64,000 nucleotides of DNA from Eledone cirrhosa (Eukaryota): contig OZ024743.1 of assembly GCA_964016885.1 (NCBI GenBank), positions 102,610,001-102,674,000 on the forward strand, written 5' to 3'. This document shows positions 1-12,967 of the stretch, one piece after another (the stretch's first letter is position 1; each line of letters opens with the position of its first letter). The notes below the pieces were generated by a model, which saw nothing but the letters and a program-made list of their open reading frames with translations, did not search any database and was not told where the DNA came from. The translations under genes were made by a program, and so were the position numbers.

Positions 1-350
1 CATCAAATAAAATTAATCAGTTAATCGTTAATTCTAGGAGTAAATATAAATTTTAGTACAGCATAGACGAAGCTCTAGTATACGGCCAAGCTAGCTTGTA
101 TGCTTATTCGGTTTGTAGCTTTAGCACTCATATGAGGTAAGACCCCAGAGTATAACATTATGTTCAGACAGCTTAGCAAATTAGATATAGCAGTCGGCAG
201 TCCGACCGCATCACTAGAGCAACGAAAATACAGGACCCAGGTAAAGATTTTTTACTGACCTGGACATAACGCTGAGGCTGGGTGTAAAATATACAATCCA
301 CATGGTGTTTCCACAATATTGATCGCAAAATCGCACGCAGCGTATATATA

Positions 351-1862
<1,512 letters not shown>

Positions 1863-2439
1863 GAATATGAAAATGTGAAGTAGTTACAGATGTTAAAGTG
1901 CTTTATTGATAAGGTTGTGATACACATTTCAATGACGACAGTGGCCACGCGATTTCGTGTACCCAGAGCCATGAGCTCATCTGACAGCTTTTTACATAAT
2001 GAAGTTACGTCCTCGAGGCAATCCAAGTTAAAATGACAAGGGAACAGACAAAGATGATGTTCTTGAAGCCTTCGTCCGTTCGCTTTTGAGACCAAATTCT
2101 CCTCCACCGTTTTGCGCAGGCGCAAATGTGAACGAAACCAGCCTAGGTACCTCCCCCACAACCAATTCTCATCATTTCAGCCGGTAAGGTGATACGGTCA
2201 CAGGGTTCATACCAACCACTAAGTTATAGTTTACTGCCAGTCTAGCAGACGTGCGAAAATTTGGGGCAGAGGTAGAGTATAAGTTCCAATAAGTTTCAAT
2301 ACTACCCTTGCTTGGACAATTGAATTGACCACCACCCGCGAAGAGAATATAAACTTAATTCTAGGATCTAGGTATTATGGTTTCACATTGGAGCTTAACA
2401 TTGGTAATAGCAATACGTATATATATATATTTGGCTACT

Positions 2440-5400
2440 CATTTGGCGTATGGAGAATGGGAGATTGTCAAAAGATATGCTTTACGGAACCAGCACCAGG
2501 CGAATGGGTCACTCACCGCTCCATTTCAGGGACGCATGCAAGAAAGACTTGGAAGCCTGCAACATCCCTTCTTCCAGCTGGGAGGGACAGGATGGAGACC
2601 GTGATGTCTGGTGTCAGACTGGCTGCAACATCCCTTCTCCCAGCTGGGAGAGACAAGATGGAGACCACGATGTCTGGTGTCAGACTGGCTGCAACATCCC
2701 TTCACCCAGCTGGGAGAGGCAAGATGGAGACCGCGATGTCTGGTGTCAGACTGGCTGCAACATCCCTTCTCCCAACTGGGAGAGACAAGATGGAGACCGC
2801 GATGTCTGGTGTCAGACTGGCTGCAACATCCCTTCTCCCAACTGGGAGAGACAAGATGGAGACCTCGATGTCTGGTGTCAGACTGGCTGCAACATCCCTT
2901 CTCCCAACTGGGAGAGACAAGATGGAGACCACGATGTCTGGTGTCAGACTGGCTGCAACATCCCTTCTCCCAGCTGGGAGAGACAAGATGGAGACCACGA
3001 TGTCTGGTGTCAGACTGGCTGCAACATCCCTTCTCCCAGCTGGGAGAGGCAAGATGGATACCGCGATGTCTGGTGTCAGACTGGCTGCAACATCCCTTCT
3101 CCCAACTGGGAGAGACAAGATGGAGACCGCGATGTCTGGTGTCAGACTGGCTGCAACATCCCTTCTCCCAGCTGGGAGAGACAAGATGGAGACCGCGATG
3201 TCTGGTGTCAGACTGGCTGCAACATCCCTTCTCCCAGCTGGGAGAGACAAGATGGAGACCGCGATGTCTGGTGTCAGACTGGCTGCAACGTCCCTTCTCC
3301 CAGCTGGGAGAGACAAGATGGAGACCGCGATGTCTGGTGTCAGACTGGCTGACAAATCCCTTCTCCCAGCTGGGAGAGACAAGATGGAGACCGCGATGTC
3401 TGGTGTCAGACTGGCTGCAACATCCCTTCTCCCAGCTGGGAGAGGCAAGATGGATACCACGATGTCTGGTGTCAGACTGGCTGCAACATCCCTTCTCCCA
3501 ACTGGGAGAGACAAGATGGAGACCGCGATGTCTGGTGTCAGACTGGCTGCAACATCCCTTCTCCCAGCTGGGAGAGACAAGATGGAGACCGCGATGTCTG
3601 GTGTCAGACTGGCTGCAACATCCCTTCTCCCAGCTGGGAGAGACAAGATGGAGACCGCGATGTCTGGTGTCAGACTGGCTGCAACATCCCTTCTCCCAGC
3701 TGGGAGAGACAAGATGGAGACCGCGATGTCTGGTGTCAGACTGGCTGCAACGTCCCTTCTCCCAGCTGGGAGAGACAAGATGGAGACCGCGATGTCTGGT
3801 GTCAGACTGGCTGACAAATCCCTTCTCCCAGCTGGGAGAGACAAGATGGAGACCGCGATGTCTGGTGTCAGACTGGCTGCAACATCCCTTCTCCCAGCTG
3901 GGAGAGACAAGGTGGAGACCACGATGTCTGGTGTCAGACTGGCTGCAACATCCCTTCTCCCAGCTGGGAGAGACAGGGTGGAGACCGCGATGTCTGGTGT
4001 CAGACTGGCTGCAACATCCCTTCTCCCAACTGGGAGAGACAAGATGTAGACCTCGATGTCTGGTGTCAGACTGGCTGCAACATCCCTTCTCCCAGCTGGG
4101 AGAGACAGGATGGAGACCGCGATGTCTGGTGTCAGACTGGCTGCAACATCCCTTCTCCCAACTGGGAGAGACAAGATGGAGACCTCGATGTCTGGTGTCA
4201 GACTGGCTGCAACATCCCTTCTCCCAGCTGGGAGAGACAGGATGGAGACCGCGATGTCTGGTGTCAGACTGGCTGCAACATCCCTTCTCCTAACTGGGAG
4301 AGACAAGATGGAGACCACGATGTCTGGTGTCAGACTGGCTGCAACATCCCTTCTCCGAACTGGGAGAGACAAGATGTAGACCTCGATGTCTGGTGTCAGA
4401 CTGGCTGCAACATCCCTTCTCCCAGCTGGGAGAGACAGGATGGAGACCGCAATGTCTGGTGTCAGACTGGCTGCAACATCCCTTCTCCCAGCTGGGAGAG
4501 ACAAGATGTAGACCTCGATGTCTGATGTCAGACTGGCTGCAACATCCCTTCTCCCAGCTGGGAGAGACAAGATGGAGACCACGATGTCTGCTGTCAGACT
4601 GGCTGCAACATCCCTTCTCCCAGCTGGGAGAGACAGGATGGAGACCGCGATGTCTGGTGTCAGACTGGCTGCAACATCCCTTCTCCCAGCTGGGAGAGAC
4701 AAGATGGAGGCCACGATGTCTGGTGTCAGACTGGCTGCAACATCCCTTCTCCCAGCTGGGAGAGACAAGATGGAGACCACGATGTCTGGTGTCAGACTGG
4801 CTGCAACATACCTTCTCCCAGCTGGGAGAGACAAGATGGAGACCGCGATGTCTGATGTCAGACTGGCTGCAACATCCCTTCTCCCAGCTGGGAGAGACAA
4901 GATGGAGACCACGATGTCTGGTGTCAGACTGGCTGCAACATCCCTTCTCCCAGCTGGGAGAGACAGGGTGGAGACCACGATGTCTGGTGTCTGACTGGCT
5001 GCAACATCCCTTCTCCCAGCTGGGAGAGACAAGATGGAGACCACGATGTCTGGTGTCAGACTGGCTGCAACATCCCTTCTCCCAGCTGGGAGAGACAATA
5101 TGGAGACCGCGATGTCTGGTGTCAGACTGGCTGCAACATCCCTTCTCCCAGCTGGGAGAGACAGGGTGGAGACCACGATTTCTGGTGTCAGACTGGCTGA
5201 CAAATCCCTTCTCCCAGCTGGGAGAGACAAGATGGAGACCGCGATGTCTGGTGTCAGACTGGCTGCAACATCCCTTCTCCCAGCTGGGAGAGACAGGGTG
5301 GAGACCGCGATGTCTGGTGTCAGACTGGCTGCAACATCCCTTCTCCCAGCTGGGTGAGACAAGATGGAGACCACGATGTCTGGTGTCAGACTGGCTGCAA

Positions 5401-6750
5401 CATCCCTTCTCCCAGCTGGGAGAGACAGGGTGTAGACCGCGATGTCTGGTGTCAGACTGGCTGCAACATCCCTTCTCCCAGCTGGGAGAGACAGGGTGGA
5501 GACCGCGATGTCTGGTGTCAGACTGGCTGCAACATCCCTTCTCCCAACTGGGAGAGACAAGATGGAGACCACGATGTCTGGTGTCAGACTGGCTGCAACA
5601 TCCCTTCTCCCAACTGGGAGAGACAAGATGTAGACCTCGATGTCTGCTGTCAGACTGGCTGCAACATCCCTTCTCCCAGCTGGGAGAGACAGGATGGAGA
5701 CCGCGATGTCTGGTGTCAGACTGGCTGCAATATCCCTTCTCCCAACTGGGAGAGACAAGATGGAGACCTCGATGTCTGGTGTCAGACTGGCTGCAACATC
5801 CCTTCTCCCAGCTGGGAGAAACAGGGTGGAGACCGCGATGTCTGGTGTCAGACTGGCTGCAACATCCCTTCTCCCAACTGGGAGAGACAAGATGTAGACC
5901 TCGATGTCTGGTGTCAGACTGGCTGCAACATCCCTTCTCCCAGCTGGGAGAGACAAGATGGAGACCACGATGTCTGCTGTCAGACTGGCTGCAACATCCC
6001 TTCTCCCAGCTGGGAGAGACAGGATGGAGACCGCGATGTCTGGTGTCAGACTGGCTGCAACATCCCTTCTCCCAGCTGGGTGAGACAAGATGGAGACCAC
6101 GATGTCTGGTGTCAGACTGGCTGCAACATCCCTTCTCCCAGCTGGGAGAGACAAGATGGAGACCACGATGTCTGGTGTCAGACTGGCTGCAACATCCCTT
6201 CTCCCAGCTGGGAGAGACAAGATGGAGACCGCGATGTCTGATGTCAGACTGGCTGCAACATCCCTTCTCCCAGCTGGGAGAGACAAGATGGAGACCACGA
6301 TGTCTGGTGTCAGACTGGCTGCAACATCCCTTCTCCCAGCTGGGAGAGACAGGATGGAGACCGCGATGTCTGCTGTCAGACTGGCTGCAACATCCCTTCT
6401 CCCAACTGGGAGAGACAAGATGGAGACCACGATGTCTGGTGTCAGACTGGCTGTAACATCCCTTCTGCCAGCTGGGAGAGACAGGATGGAGACCACGATA
6501 TCTGGTGTCACACTGGCTGGAAAAGCATCGTAGGTGCAGATGCGAGGAGAGGTCAACTTGCGGCTAAAACGTGGAGTCGAAAAAGCGATTCGCAAACATA
6601 CCAACCACCCAAGATACCACATGTATCTGTACCAAGTGCAAACATGACATTCACTCATGTATCGTTCTGCGCAGTCACAGTAGACGATGCCAGTGACTAG
6701 ACATAATTCCAGTCGTATTAAGCTTAATTTTCCGAGACTGAGTTGCCAAT
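2440..6750 (+). mobile_element. RTE-clade (BovB-like) LINE 3' fragment with an internal tandem amplification
   Basis: Translation MENGRLSKDMLYG...PLHFRDACKKDLEACNIPSSSWE...DRDVW matches the RTE C-terminal pattern (GR.PK..LYG..R.KD..K.DL...W...DR..W). After the array it resumes and ends in a C2HC-type finger CTKCKHDIHSCIVLRSHSRRCQ* near 6625-6697. Confidence 0.75.
2557..6520. repeat. Minisatellite, 66-bp unit, about 60 copies
   Basis: Unit CTGCAACATCCCTTCTCCCAGCTGGGAGAGACAAGATGGAGACCGCGATGTCTGGTGTCAGACTGG, repeated head-to-tail with a few substitutions per unit. Confidence 0.97.
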
Positions 6751-6753
6751 GAA

Positions 6754-6797
<44 letters not shown>

Positions 6798-7288
6798 CAA
6801 TTCTTCCTTTTCATTGTATGGTTTCCCTCCACCAACCAGACAGTTACACAATAGCTGGTTACGGGCACGATTGATTGTTTTAATTTTCTTTGTATATAAA
6901 ATAGAATAAAATCTACTGTACCTAATATCAATGCAGTCTATATTAGTGTCTTTTCTCTTTTTTTACCTCTCTATTTTGGTTTTGTTTCTTATTTCTGTTC
7001 TTTATTAGCAAGTCTCTAAATATCCAGATATAGGAAATACATATTTGGTTGAGTTCTTCCTTTTTCTTAGTCGTCTATTGATGTCTGTTTGAATTGCTGC
7101 ATTGATTAGGATAGATTTCTTTTTTCCTTATAGTGTTTGACTATAATATCCAGAAACGGGACGTTAAACTCTATGTTCGTGTGAATCGACATGAACCAAT
7201 CTGTAGCCACTTTGTAATTTGACATTATCTTAAATTTGTCTCTTTGTAGCATGTTTTTTCTACTTTCTTTAGATACGTCATTATGGTC

Positions 7289-7355
<67 letters not shown>

Positions 7356-7414
7356 TAGGATCTGTAGACAATCTATAATAGAGACAGAAACATATATATA
7401 TAGGAAAAAGTATG

Positions 7415-7510
7415 ACCCCGACGGCAGAGCTCAAGCCGTTTCGACAGTTATTTCTGGACTAAATTTGAACTTTTAGTCTGTTAAATAAATAGCCGAACTT
7501 GTCAAGGGGT
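7415..7510 (-). ncRNA. Type I hammerhead ribozyme candidate, family B (U3-A8 core variant)
   Basis: Minus strand: ACCCC-TTGACAA-G..CGGCTATTT..GACTAAA..TTTAGTC..AAATAACTG.C-GAAA-CGGC-TTGAGCTCT-GCCG-TC-GGGGT. Stem I is 5 bp, stem III is 5 bp and the triplet is GUC. Confidence 0.75.
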
Positions 7511-8211
7511 ACTTCCTTATATGGAAAGATTGTAGTTGTCAAGAGTATTGGTCAAAATTTGTTGTAAACACAAATAAGTCTGTCATAGCATTTGGTGGGA
7601 GGTAGGGGTGGCTGAACTTGCCTGTAGAACAATGAGGGAGTGAGTGGAGCCGGTCAAGCGTTGAAAGTGAAATCTATACAGCAGATTCTAAGGATAGTGT
7701 ATGAAAAGTCGAAAAATTGTTCTGGAGAAAATGGTGGAGGGAAGTTATAGAATAGGTAATTCAAATGAGAGTAGGAGACAATAAAAAATAATAGAAATAA
7801 ATATTTAAAAAATATATGAAATTAGATAGTGCGAAAAGAATAAAAAAACAACAAAAAACAGTAGAGTCTAGAGACAGCTGCTATAATTAGTAGGTGTTGT
7901 TTGTACGGCCAAAGCTATAGAAAAGGTTAATAAGTTGAGAATGGAAAATACTAAATAAGAAAGTGTAGAAGTGTAGTAGTGAAAAAATATAATGCAAACT
8001 TTTCCGGGGTCTAACACAGCTGCTATAAATAGTTAGTAAAGCGTATTCCGCCAATGCTATCTTACAATTACAGGTTTATAAGTTGAGAATAGAAAATACT
8101 AAATAAAAGATATTGAAATTATAGAATTGGAGTAGTAACAAAAATGATACAAAATTACAGGGGTCTAACACATCTGCTATAAATAGTTAGTAAAGCGTAT
8201 TCGGCCAGTTT

Positions 8212-8542
8212 GGATTAACCGCTTGTGACTTCAAGACCCGGCTCTACCAACAGCGACCTACTTCCGAAACCCGGTCCGGGACATGCCACTACACATTTGG
8301 GCCACATCTGGGACCTCCAAGATAATAATATAACCTACAATCTCACTTGGAGCTTACTGTCCAGAGCTAACTCTTACACGGGAGGATGCCTTCCGTGTAA
8401 CTTATGGTCGGAGGAAACATTACAAATGCTGTTTTCGAAGGACCAACTCCTAAACAAGTTAGACGAACTGGTAATCGCATGCAAACACAGATTACGTAGA
8501 ACTTACCTCGCCCTCAAACCACATAACGACCCGGGTGGGTAG
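8212..8542 (+). pseudogene. Penelope-type GIY-YIG endonuclease C-terminal fragment (frameshifted)
   Basis: GLTACDFKTRLYQ (the YIG.T...FK.R motif), then HATTHLGHIWDL..NITYNLTWSLL..ANSY....PCNLWSEE......LLNKLDELVIACKH. This matches the PLE endonuclease tail HIW.L...Y...W.IL...C.LC..E...LLNK..EL...C.H. Confidence 0.8.
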
Positions 8543-9471
8543 ACAAGGGCTGATACCCCCCACTTGCCGAATAAGTTAGGGGAAACCCCAGCTTACATAG
8601 GTAGATGTACCTCTTTTCTTTTCCTCTATGTTGTCTTCTTCCCCCTGTCTCATCCTATCACTTCTTTCCACCCCCGATCTTCTTCCTCGTCGGTTTTTCC
8701 CCTTCCGCCTACCCCGATGCAGCCCATCGGGCCGCTGTAGCCTCAGTACCCCCACACCTGTAATTTTAAGATAGAATTGGCCGAATACGCTTTACTAACT
8801 ATTTATAGCAGATGTGTTAGACCCCTGTAATTTTGTATCATTTTTGTTACTACTCCAATTCTACAATTTCAAAATCTCTGATTTAGTATTTTCTATTCTC
8901 AACTTATTAACCTGTAATTGTAAGATAGCATTGGCAGAATACGCTTTACTAACTATTTATAGCAGCTGTGTTAGACCCCTTAAAACTCGCATTATATTTT
9001 TTCACTACCTACTTCTACACTTTCTTATTTAGTATTTTCCATTCTCAACTTATTAACCTTTTCTATAGCTTTGGCCGTACAAGCAACACCTAATAATTAT
9101 AGCAGCTGTCTCGAGACTCTACTGTTTTTTTCGTTTTTTTTTATTCATTTCGCACTATGTAATTATATATATTTTTTAAATATTTACTTCTATTACTTTT
9201 TATTGTCTCCTACTCTCATTTGACTTACCTATTCTATACTTCCCTCCACCATTTTTTCCAGAACAATTTTTCGACTTTACATACACTATCCTTAGAATCT
9301 GCTGTATAGATTTCACTTTCAACGCTTGACCGGCTCATCTCACTCCCCATTGTTCTACAGGTAAGTTCAGCCACCCCTACCTCCCACCAAATGCCATGGC
9401 AGACTTATTTGTGTTTACAACAAATGTTGACCAATCCTCTTGACAACTACAATCTTTCCATATAAGGAAGT

Positions 9472-9567
9472 ACCGCTTGACAAGTTCGGTTAGTTATTTA
9501 CCAAGCTAAAAATTCTAATTTAGTCCAGAAATAGCCGTCGAAACGGCTTGAGCTCTACCGTCGGGGT
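9472..9567 (+). ncRNA. Second copy of the family B hammerhead (some stem mismatches)
   Basis: ACCGC-TTGACAA-G...AAATAGCCGTC-GAAA-CGGC...ACCG-TC-GGGGT. Confidence 0.65.
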
Positions 9568-9658
9568 CATACTTTTTCCTATTACCCACTCTAGTACCCT
9601 AAGTATTGAGTACTCTGGTTCGTTATGGTCCATCTGGTTCCCTACCACATTTCCTTCG

Positions 9659-9731
<73 letters not shown>

Positions 9732-9759
9732 TACATATATATATATACTAATATATATG

Positions 9760-10066
9760 TATTGTTATACTTTGGGAGGGTCATGTTGCCAATAAGAAAC
9801 ACACGCACCAGTTGCTTTCACTTCAATTTATTATAAATTAAATTTATAAATTTCCGGTTGGTTGGTTGATTTATATCTCCGAAGTTCTTTCGTCACAGAT
9901 CTGTGACATCATCAGTGGTGCCATTATGTTTCCTTCCATTGAATTGTAATGTCTACGCCATTTTTATTTAATTTATAAAAAACAAAAAACTATCCAAACC
10001 AAACAGTGAGTTTGTTTTACTACTTCTGGCAATATTATATCAATATGACCCTCCCCAAATATAACA

Positions 10067-10069
<3 letters not shown>
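9760..10069 (-). mobile_element. Family C short element with inverted ends and a minimal hammerhead-like core
   Basis: Ends are TATTGTTATACTTTGGGAGGGTCAT and ATGACCCTCCCCAAATATAACAATA. Minus strand 9878-9920 reads CTGATGA-T-GTCACAG-AT-CTGTGAC-GAAA-GAACTT. Confidence 0.65.
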
Positions 10070-10135
<66 letters not shown>

Positions 10136-10196
10136 GAGAGAGAGAGGGGGGGGAGTGGAGAGCATGAGATTCAAGGAATCGGAGAAGAACATAACT

Positions 10197-10375
10197 GTTT
10201 CTACTTTAGGCACAAGGCCAGCAATTATCCAGTGCATTACTGGTACTTTATTTTATCGACCCCGTAAGGATGAAAGGCAAAGTCAACCTCGGCGGGATTT
10301 GAACTCAGATCTTAAAGGGACGTAACTATGCTGGAAAGCATGGCGTCCGAACTTCTACCGATACTGCCAATCCAC
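10197..10375 (-). mobile_element. tRNA-derived SINE (major family of this window)
   Basis: A-box TGGCAGTATCGG, B-box GAGTTCAAATCC and conserved core TTTGCCTTTCATCCTTACGGGGTCGATAAAATAAAGTACCAG, all shared with many copies. Confidence 0.85.
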
Positions 10376-10964
10376 AGAAGAACATAACGATAGTAAGTTT
10401 CTAATTCAAATGCTAGGCAAGAGAAAACAAACTTTTCCGTTATTCAGCTATTCGTAGCGGCGACTAGCCAGCGGTATACACTGGTAAACAGCGTTCATTC
10501 CCTACGAGTTATTACATTTGTCCTGGTTTCCATTTGCATGTTTCATAATCTAATTTGTCTAAGTCTGTATTTGGCTTACACTAAAAATGTTCATGTATAT
10601 TTACGTTGCATTCTGTCACCATCATTGATTTTGCTAATTAATTATGTAAGACTGAAACACTTTTAAGTTGATTGTTTCAGTTTCTTCAGGTTTCCACAAT
10701 CTTGTAATCGATTCAGATACCTGGCATGTTATTTGTATGTGCCATCTTCTTAACTAGAATCTGATCAATTGCTTCGTAGTCTTTGAATATACAACGCATT
10801 AGCTCCACATGTATTACATTCTTTTAGTATTAGTAATTCATGTTTTAGTTTATATTTTTAAATATCTTGTTAATTAAAACATAATTAAAAACAATTTATT
10901 AAGTTATATGATTTCGGACAGGTAATTAATAATTTTTGCAGCCGTTTTTTTATTGCACTTTATA

Positions 10965-11110
10965 TTCTGAGTTTATAACCAACCGAGGTCATCTTTGCCT
11001 TTTATCTCCTCGAGATCGATAAAATAGACTACCAGTAAAGTATCGCGGTCAATATAATCGACGACTTTCCCCTTCGCACAATTGCCTGGCCTTGTGCTGA
11101 AACTAAAACC
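10965..11110 (+). mobile_element. Degraded copy of the major SINE
   Basis: TTCTGAGTTT..CCGAGGTCATCTTTGCCTTT..GATCGATAAAATAGACTACCAG..GGCCTTGTGC. Confidence 0.7.
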
Positions 11111-11321
11111 ATCATTATTAATGTTATTTTCTATGTTACTGTTGTTATAAATATTAATAATAACAACATCAGCATCTATATAACAACGTTCTTATCAACA
11201 TTTTCTATATATGTTTACAAATATTCCCTATAATATCTACACACATACTACTTATTAATTTTCATATTGCAACAGGCTTCTATTATATAAAGTAAAAGAA
11301 GCATATATGCATTTGTAAAAT

Positions 11322-11377
<56 letters not shown>

Positions 11378-11723
11378 TTGTATTGTACAAATGTATATAT
11401 GCATATATATATTTGTATAAAACATCGTCGTGTAGGCATATCGCTGCGAGTGTCAGAATATAGATATATATATGAATATTCGCTTCTTTATTTATTTTAA
11501 GATCAAATGAATAATGACGCCAATAAATATGAAATGAATCCTATATTTGAAGCAAACAGCAATTAATATATTAATGGATGGAAAAAATATGGTGTGGAAG
11601 AAAATATCACCGATAGAATTTCTATTTCTTATTTTAATAATAAGAGTTCTGATCGGTTCCGTTTATTTTCTGAAGTTCATTTCCAATATACATAACATAT
11701 GTACACACACACACACGCACACA

Positions 11724-11764
<41 letters not shown>

Positions 11765-12159
11765 GCATGTGTGGGTGCATATGCGTGTGTAAATATGTGT
11801 GTATATGTATGTATATATATATATATATATATTTATATACATATATGTGTGTGTGTCTGTGAGTGCGTTTATATTTATATTCACACACACATATATATAT
11901 ACTTTGAGTTTATTTACATGTATATTTATATGAAAAATATCAATGTTTGCAGTGCAGCGCATTTCACAATATTTATATACAACATACATAAAACAATATA
12001 AATGAAAAGGCAAATTATATTTACAGAAACAACGTTACGGAAATACCAGGCGGATATTTATTAAATTAAAGAGGTAAAACATGCATTGAAATAGCAGTAA
12101 AAGAATGTTACTAAAGGATATATTTCATTAAAAAATTGGTATATATATATGTATGTATG

Positions 12160-12190
<31 letters not shown>

Positions 12191-12193
<3 letters not shown>

Positions 12194-12588
12194 ATATAGA
12201 AATGGCTTCTACGGGAGTAGAACTGTTCCGGGAGAAATCATCAGGAAGCCGACTGTCCAAGTAATATGGTGGCATTTATACCTTTTCTGGTGGTTGGAGA
12301 GTGTGGTGATTGGGATGAATTTAAAGGAAATTCTTTAAAAATTATATTTAGAGTAACAAAACCCATCAACCGATGACTTCCACCTATCCCAATCACCACC
12401 CTCTCGTACCACCAGAAAAACTAAAAATACTACCATATTAGTTGGACAAACGGCTTCCTGATGATTTCTCCCGAATGAAACAGTTCTAGTCCTGTAGAAG
12501 CCATTTTTATATTAATTTTTTATACTCTGCTATGTATTGAATACTTTGCTTACTGTGGTTATCCCCGATTCAACCCGGGATAAACGTA
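12191..12588 (+). mobile_element. Family D fold-back element in (TA)n (inverted arms about 12191-12317 and 12386-12514, plus a tail)
   Basis: Reverse-complement arms are visible. Related fragments occur at 45897-45976 and 60013-60120. Confidence 0.7.
12452..12502 (+). ncRNA. Type I hammerhead ribozyme candidate, family D
   Basis: GGCTTC-CTGATGA-T-TTC-TCCC-GAA-T-GAAA-CAG-TTCTAGTC-CTG-TA-GAAGCC. Stem I is 6 bp, stem III is 4 bp and the triplet is GUA. Stem II is closed by a non-canonical U-U. Confidence 0.7.
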
Positions 12589-12678
12589 TATATATATATA
12601 ATTGTTGTTGGATGCTTAAAGTGCCCGTATGCGGTAGGCCGTATGAGCATTAAATGCTCTCATAGAGCAGAGTATGAT

Positions 12679-12915
12679 ATCACAGAAAAAAGAGAATCAG
12701 TGTTGCGACGAATGGAATTAATTGGACATATTACCAACGTTTCTCTAGCGACCAGCTCGAGGCCCGATCGATGTGATGATCGAATCTGACTCAGAAAATC
12801 GCAAGATACGTCTTGATTCTACGAAGCAGATTTTCCTCGAGCTAATCGCCAGAGAAACGATTGTATTATGTCAAATAAATTCCATTCGTCGGAACACTGA
12901 TTCGCTTTTTTTCTG

Positions 12916-12920
<5 letters not shown>
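12679..12920. repeat. Fold-back element (arms about 12679-12763 and 12836-12920) carrying only the 3' half of a hammerhead-like motif
   Basis: Inverted arms are visible. It contains GAAACGATTG...CATTCGTC-GGAACAC but no intact CTGANGA upstream. Confidence 0.55.
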
Positions 12921-12953
<33 letters not shown>

Positions 12954-12967
12954 TATATATTTATATA

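Larger units (their letters stand above)
7402..9660 (+). mobile_element. Penelope-like element 3' relic, family B: about 800-bp inverted pseudo-LTR arms (7402-8207 and 8778-9580) around a GIY-YIG remnant
   Basis: The arms are reverse complements. The right arm has an extra tail of about 80 bp (9581-9660). Both ends abut (TA)n, and each arm has an internal duplication of about 160 bp. Confidence 0.85.

Noticed and set aside
60-230. Long stem GCTCTAGT/ACTAGAGC followed by CGAAA, a possible hammerhead
   Set aside because: The upstream core reads ATAGACGA, and no stem I or III can be closed.
1900-2200. GC-richer unique segment with a 126-aa minus-strand ORF
   Set aside because: No recognisable motif, and the ORF runs into a microsatellite.
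2557-6520. CRISPR-like array (regular repeats with an internal palindrome)
   Set aside because: Units are contiguous with no unique spacers, there are no cas genes, the context is eukaryotic, and the unit derives from an RTE ORF.
2702-6658. 1318-aa minus-strand ORF (and the 574, 560 and 709-aa plus-strand ORFs) as real genes
   Set aside because: These follow from a 66-bp unit lacking stops in several frames. There is no unique domain, and several frames are open at once.
7106-7290. Minus-strand SIHTNIEFNVPFLDIIV resembling a Penelope RT motif
   Set aside because: Too short and degenerate to call without a profile search.
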